From contig CAVQJU010000001.1 of assembly GCA_963712905.1 (NCBI GenBank), positions 64,652 through 128,651 of the forward strand: a DNA stretch of 64,000 nt. Reading direction: 5' to 3'. Positions 60,506-64,000 of this stretch are shown in pieces; the first letter of the stretch is position 1, and each line of letters opens with the position of its first letter. Made by a program: the position numbers and the translations under genes. The notes under the pieces are model-generated. The model was not told where the DNA came from. It saw only the letters and a list, made by a program, of their open reading frames with translations, and searched no databases. Source of the stretch: an uncultured Acidobacteriota bacterium (GTDB taxonomy: Bacteria; Acidobacteriota; Vicinamibacteria; Vicinamibacterales; CAVVIG01).

Positions 60506-62713
60506 ATGATCATGCGACTGCGATGCTCACTCGCTCTCGTCACGTGCCTCCTGGCGCCGGCCACGCTCCTGGCTCAGGAGCCGCCGGCCGCGCCGCCACT
60601 CTCGCCTGATTCCTTCGAGAATTATGCGGAGTTCACGGTCCGTGGCACCGCCTTCGCCGAAGGGTCGGACGAGGCGCGCTTCATGCGGTATCGCGACCTG
60701 CGGAACGGCGGCACCCTCGACATTCTCCGGATGACGAGGGCGTCCGATTCGAAATGGTTCAACCTCCAGGCCGACCACGTGGGCTACCGCGATCAGCGGT
60801 TCTCCGCGGCGATGAACGACTACGGCAAGGTGAAGCTGTCGTTTGAATGGAACCAGATCCCGCTGTTCTTCAGCCAGGACACCAGGACGCTGTTCACGAC
60901 GACGACACCGCTTGGCGAGTTGCGGATCAGCGATCCGATCCAGAGCGCGGCCCAGAGCAACCCGCAGAGCATCCGGGTCGCGGCCGGCACCCTGGCGCAA
61001 CCCTTCGACCTGCGGCTCAAGCGAAGCATCGCCGACGTGAGGGCCCTTTACAGCGTCAACGAGAACCTGGACCTGAGCCTGATCTACCGGAGCACCGGGA
61101 AGACCGGATCGCAGCCGTGGGCCGGCACGTTCGGCTTCGGCGACGCCGTGGAACTGGCCGTCCCGGTTCAAACGCGCACCAACGAAGTCGGCGTTGCCGG
61201 CGAGTGGGCGAACCCGCGCGGGCTGGTGCGCGTCGGCTACGACGGCTCGTTCTTCCGGAACGACACCAACCTCGTCTGGGACAACCCGCTCCGCATCACG
61301 GATTCGCCGACGGCGGGACCGTTCCAGGGCCGCATGTCGCTCTGGCCCGACAGCAACATGAACGCGGCGAACGTCTCGGGCATGGTGAACCTGCCGAAGA
61401 ACAGCCGGGCGACGGCGTATCTGTCGGTAGGCAGCTGGACCCAGAACGACATCCTGATTCCTTTCACGATCAACACCGCGTTGCCGACGATTCCGCTCGA
61501 TCGCGCCACCGCCGACACGCAGGCGCGCGTGACGAGCATGAACTACACGTTCAACTCGCGCCCGACCAGCACCGTGTGGTTCTCCGCCCGATACTGGACC
61601 TACGATTTCGACAACCACACGCCGGAGTTTCATGTAGGCCAGACGGTGACCTACGACACCACGGTCGCGACGTTCGCCGAAGGCGCGACCAGCCCGTACA
61701 GCCTGAATCGGAAGACGTTCGACGCCGACGTGTCGTTCACCCCGTGGAAACACAGCGCGTTCCGCGCCGGCTACACCAGGGCCAACGTGAGCCAGACGTT
61801 TCGCTCCGTCGACGAGACCGGCGACAACATCTTCCGGTTGTCGGCCGACACGTCCGGGCTCGAGTGGGTCATGCTCCGGGCCGTCTACGAACACTCGAAT
61901 CGCACGGGCTCCGGGTTCGACGACCAGGTGCTGGACGAAATCGGCGAACAGGACTCGCTGCGCCAGTTCGACATCTCCGACCGCACGGCGAACCGCGTGT
62001 CGTTCCTGGTGCAGGTCACGCCCGTGTCGCCGCTCTCGCTCCACGCCACGGTCTCGGTCGGCAACGAGGACCGGCCCGAGACCGTCAACACGGGCGCCGG
62101 CGGAAAGCCCGAGCCGGTCTTCGGCCTGCTCAGCAACGATAATCACTCATACTCGATCGGGGCCGATTACGTGCCGCGTCAGGACGTGTCGTTCGGCGCC
62201 GAGTACGTGTGGGAGCGCTACAGCACGCTGCAGAAGTCGCGGCAGGCCAACCCGGGCGTGCAGTTCGACGACCCGACCAGAGACTGGACGACCGACGGCT
62301 CCGACAAGGCGAACACGTTCACCGTCTCGATGGACCTGCTCAAGCTGCTGCAGAAGAAGACCGACTTCCGCGCGACCTACGACTACAGCCACGCCGAAAC
62401 GCAGTACATCTACGGCCTCGCGCCCAACACCACATTGCCCCCGGTCAGCCAGCTGCCGCCGGTCGTCAACACACTGCAGCGGGCGACCGCCGACCTGCGC
62501 TACCACTTCACGTCGCACTTTGGCGCCGGCTTCGTCTACTGGTTCGACAAGTACACCGTGAACGACTTCGCATCCGGCGCCGAGACGCTGACGAGCATCG
62601 TGCAGCCGACGGTGGCGGCGCCACAACCGGTGCCAAACTTCCTGATGATTGGGTATCTGACGCGGCCGTACACCGCCCACACCTTCTCGGGGCGGTTCAC
62701 GTACTACTGGTAG
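60506..62713 (+). CDS. MtrB/PioB-family outer-membrane beta-barrel (decaheme-associated)
   Basis: The 735-aa protein has a signal peptide and an N-terminal RYRDLRNGG region. A long alternating beta-strand pattern ends ...GRFTYYW. The gene starts 3 nt after the decaheme gene stop. Confidence 0.85.
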   Translation: MIMRLRCSLALVTCLLAPATLLAQEPPAAPPLSPDSFENYAEFTVRGTAFAEGSDEARFMRYRDLRNGGTLDILRMTRASDSKWFNLQADHVGYRDQRFSAAMNDYGKVKLSFEWNQIPLFFSQDTRTLFTTTTPLGELRISDPIQSAAQSNPQSIRVAAGTLAQPFDLRLKRSIADVRALYSVNENLDLSLIYRSTGKTGSQPWAGTFGFGDAVELAVPVQTRTNEVGVAGEWANPRGLVRVGYDGSFFRNDTNLVWDNPLRITDSPTAGPFQGRMSLWPDSNMNAANVSGMVNLPKNSRATAYLSVGSWTQNDILIPFTINTALPTIPLDRATADTQARVTSMNYTFNSRPTSTVWFSARYWTYDFDNHTPEFHVGQTVTYDTTVATFAEGATSPYSLNRKTFDADVSFTPWKHSAFRAGYTRANVSQTFRSVDETGDNIFRLSADTSGLEWVMLRAVYEHSNRTGSGFDDQVLDEIGEQDSLRQFDISDRTANRVSFLVQVTPVSPLSLHATVSVGNEDRPETVNTGAGGKPEPVFGLLSNDNHSYSIGADYVPRQDVSFGAEYVWERYSTLQKSRQANPGVQFDDPTRDWTTDGSDKANTFTVSMDLLKLLQKKTDFRATYDYSHAETQYIYGLAPNTTLPPVSQLPPVVNTLQRATADLRYHFTSHFGAGFVYWFDKYTVNDFASGAETLTSIVQPTVAAPQPVPNFLMIGYLTRPYTAHTFSGRFTYYW

Positions 62714-62762
62714 GGTTAGAGGTTAGAGGTTAGGGACTGGGGGCTGGGGGCTGGGGAGTGTG
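62714..62762. repeat. Tandem 7-mer array after the mtrB-like gene
   Basis: GGTTAGA appears three times, then GGCTGGG-type units three times, starting directly after the stop codon. No complementary arm is evident. Confidence 0.7.
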
Positions 62763-62763
62763 G

Positions 62764-62784
62764 GGCGGCCCTTTCAGGGCCGCC
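62764..62784. terminator. 8-bp GC hairpin between convergent genes
   Basis: GGCGGCCC-tttca-GGGCCGCC. The stop codon of the minus-strand cytochrome c' gene lies in the loop. Confidence 0.55.
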
Positions 62785-63169
62785 GATTCGCAATCCGCAG
62801 GTCCTTCAGCCGCCGATGGCACTGGTAGCAGGACGTCGTCAGCGCGTTGTACTGCACGGCGGCGGCGTCGAAGTCGTTCCGTTTCGCCGCCGCGTCGAGT
62901 TCCGCCACCGCCTTCAGGAAGCTGTCGGTGTAGATCCCCAGCTCACGTGTCCTCAGTTCCGCCCACCGCGGCGATTTCGCGATAACGACGAGCGCACCGC
63001 TTTCCGCCGTCAGCAGATCGCGGTTGCTCGTCGTCAGCGCTTCGAGGATCTTCTGCGCGTGCGTGAGCTTTTCGCGCATCATTGCGCCCGTCCGCGCCGT
63101 TTGAGCGGCCGGGCTGCCGGCCGAGAGGGTGAGGATGGCGGCCATGAGCAGAGCGGTACGGATAGTCAC
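62774..63169 (-). CDS. Cytochrome c' (class II, four-helix-bundle type)
   Basis: About 130 aa with a signal peptide (ALLMAAILTLSAGSPAAQ), helical sequence and a single CYQCH close to the C-terminus. The GTG start at 63169 overlaps the upstream stop (GTGA). Confidence 0.7.
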   Translation of the reverse strand: MTIRTALLMAAILTLSAGSPAAQTARTGAMMREKLTHAQKILEALTTSNRDLLTAESGALVVIAKSPRWAELRTRELGIYTDSFLKAVAELDAAAKRNDFDAAAVQYNALTTSCYQCHRRLKDLRIANRRP

Positions 63170-63591
63170 TTTTGAATCGACTCCAGGTAGGCGACAACGT
63201 TGAAGATACGGACGGTCACGACCTTGTCGTTCGGGTCCAGGGCGGTGAACGTGGGTCCCCAGACAGGCATGTCGGTGGATCCGTGCGCGGGTATCGCCCG
63301 CTCGCCCGTCGTGACGAACGCGCGGACGCGGTCTTTCGGAAACACGCCGCCGTTGCGCGCGGACAGCGTCGTCAGATCCGCGGGAAGCGTCTTCAGCGCC
63401 TCGGCCACGGGGCCGCGGCCCCTGCCGTCCTTTCCGTGGCACGGGGCGCAGTAGAAGGCGTACGTGTCGCCGCCGACGAGGGACGGGTTGGCCAGCGACG
63501 GTGAGATGTCCACCGTGGATCGCTGGCCTCCGGCTCCCGCCGCCGCCATCGCGACTACGAATCCCGCGGCCATCAGGCCCTTCAGCACCAT
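63166..63591 (-). CDS. Monoheme class I c-type cytochrome
   Basis: It has an N-terminal hydrophobic anchor/signal, CAPCH and a distal MPVWG region. Confidence 0.8.
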   Translation of the reverse strand: MVLKGLMAAGFVVAMAAAGAGGQRSTVDISPSLANPSLVGGDTYAFYCAPCHGKDGRGRGPVAEALKTLPADLTTLSARNGGVFPKDRVRAFVTTGERAIPAHGSTDMPVWGPTFTALDPNDKVVTVRIFNVVAYLESIQK

Positions 63592-63610
63592 CGCGAGCTC
63601 CCTCCGTGCG

Positions 63611-64000
63611 TCACGCCCGGGCGGCTGCGACCACCTGCAGCGTGTCCGGCTTCACGAACTCGTGCTCGGGATGCCGCACGGTCAGCACCGGGCACGATGC
63701 CAGCCGGACGACACGCTCGGCGACGCTGCCCATCACGAGGTGCGCGAGCGCGCCTCGGCCGTGCGTCCCCATGACGATGAGGTCGATGCCGTGGTCCCGC
63801 GCGTAGTCGACGATGGCGTAGGCTGCCGAGCTGGACGTCAGCACGACGGTCCTGGTGCGTGGGCCGCTGCCGTCGCTGTCGATGACCGCTTCGGCCAGCC
63901 GCTTCTTCGCGGCGTTTTCGATTTCCTGCTGCATCTCGGGCACGATCGCCGCGTACGTCTCGGCGCCAAACGTCGTGACGTATACGTTTTCCGCAACGTT
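63611..64000 (-). CDS. Universal stress protein (UspA family), N-terminus outside window
   Basis: The C-terminal USP signature is present (DLIVMGTHGRGALAHLVMGSVAERVVRLASCPVLTV). The frame stays open to the window edge. Confidence 0.75.
   Translation of the reverse strand, partial: NVAENVYVTTFGAETYAAIVPEMQQEIENAAKKRLAEAVIDSDGSGPRTRTVVLTSSSAAYAIVDYARDHGIDLIVMGTHGRGALAHLVMGSVAERVVRLASCPVLTVRHPEHEFVKPDTLQVVAAARA

Overview
This is a GC-rich bacterial chromosomal segment, roughly two-thirds G+C by eye. It holds about 60 protein-coding genes. I could not recognise any rRNA, tRNA, CRISPR array, transposase or integrase. The gene content looks Acidobacteriota-like (many outer-membrane barrels, a CarboxypepD_reg/TonB-like receptor, sigma-54 control), but that is only an impression.

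Layout from left to right:
1. 1-5.2 kb: a partial TAXI/RCK membrane protein, a dienelactone hydrolase, an ECF41-type sigma factor with its carboxymuconolactone-decarboxylase partner, and a BASS-like transporter.
2. 5.4-21.2 kb: a dense amino-acid and organic-acid catabolic block. It contains a Tat-signal L-serine dehydratase, pta-ackA, PFOR plus a DHOD-like protein, an AAE transporter plus malic enzyme, and a convergent aspA / DASS transporter / ansB operon.
3. 21.4-30 kb: regulators (sigma-54 activator, AraC, histidine kinase, two response regulators) and a TonB-like receptor.
4. 30.3-37.4 kb: two DUF3011-porin fusion genes, each behind a near-identical sigma-54 promoter, followed by an amidohydrolase, another porin and a Tat-signal glutaminase.
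5. 37.5-57 kb: envelope proteins of unknown function (a 773-aa Tyr/Gly-rich secreted protein, three paralogous two-repeat secreted proteins around a DUF481 barrel, DUF2490, DUF202 and DUF4136-like proteins). This block also has a cytoplasmic sulfatase with FGE, a separate anaerobic sulfatase maturase, and MltF.
6. 57.2-63.6 kb: hemG, a four-gene MtrAB/PioAB-type porin-cytochrome electron conduit with an ImcH/NapC-like inner-membrane cytochrome, then cytochrome c' and another cytochrome c.

Two features cut across these blocks. First, a family of intergenic hairpins has arms made of degenerate 7-9-nt tandem repeats. Second, about 30 reading-frame breaks, mostly net +1, are concentrated in a few gene clusters, while 10-kb stretches in between are intact. 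The frameshifted genes are reported as single spanning features. They may be assembly errors rather than true pseudogenes. All family assignments rest on reading the translations and recalling motifs; no searches were run.
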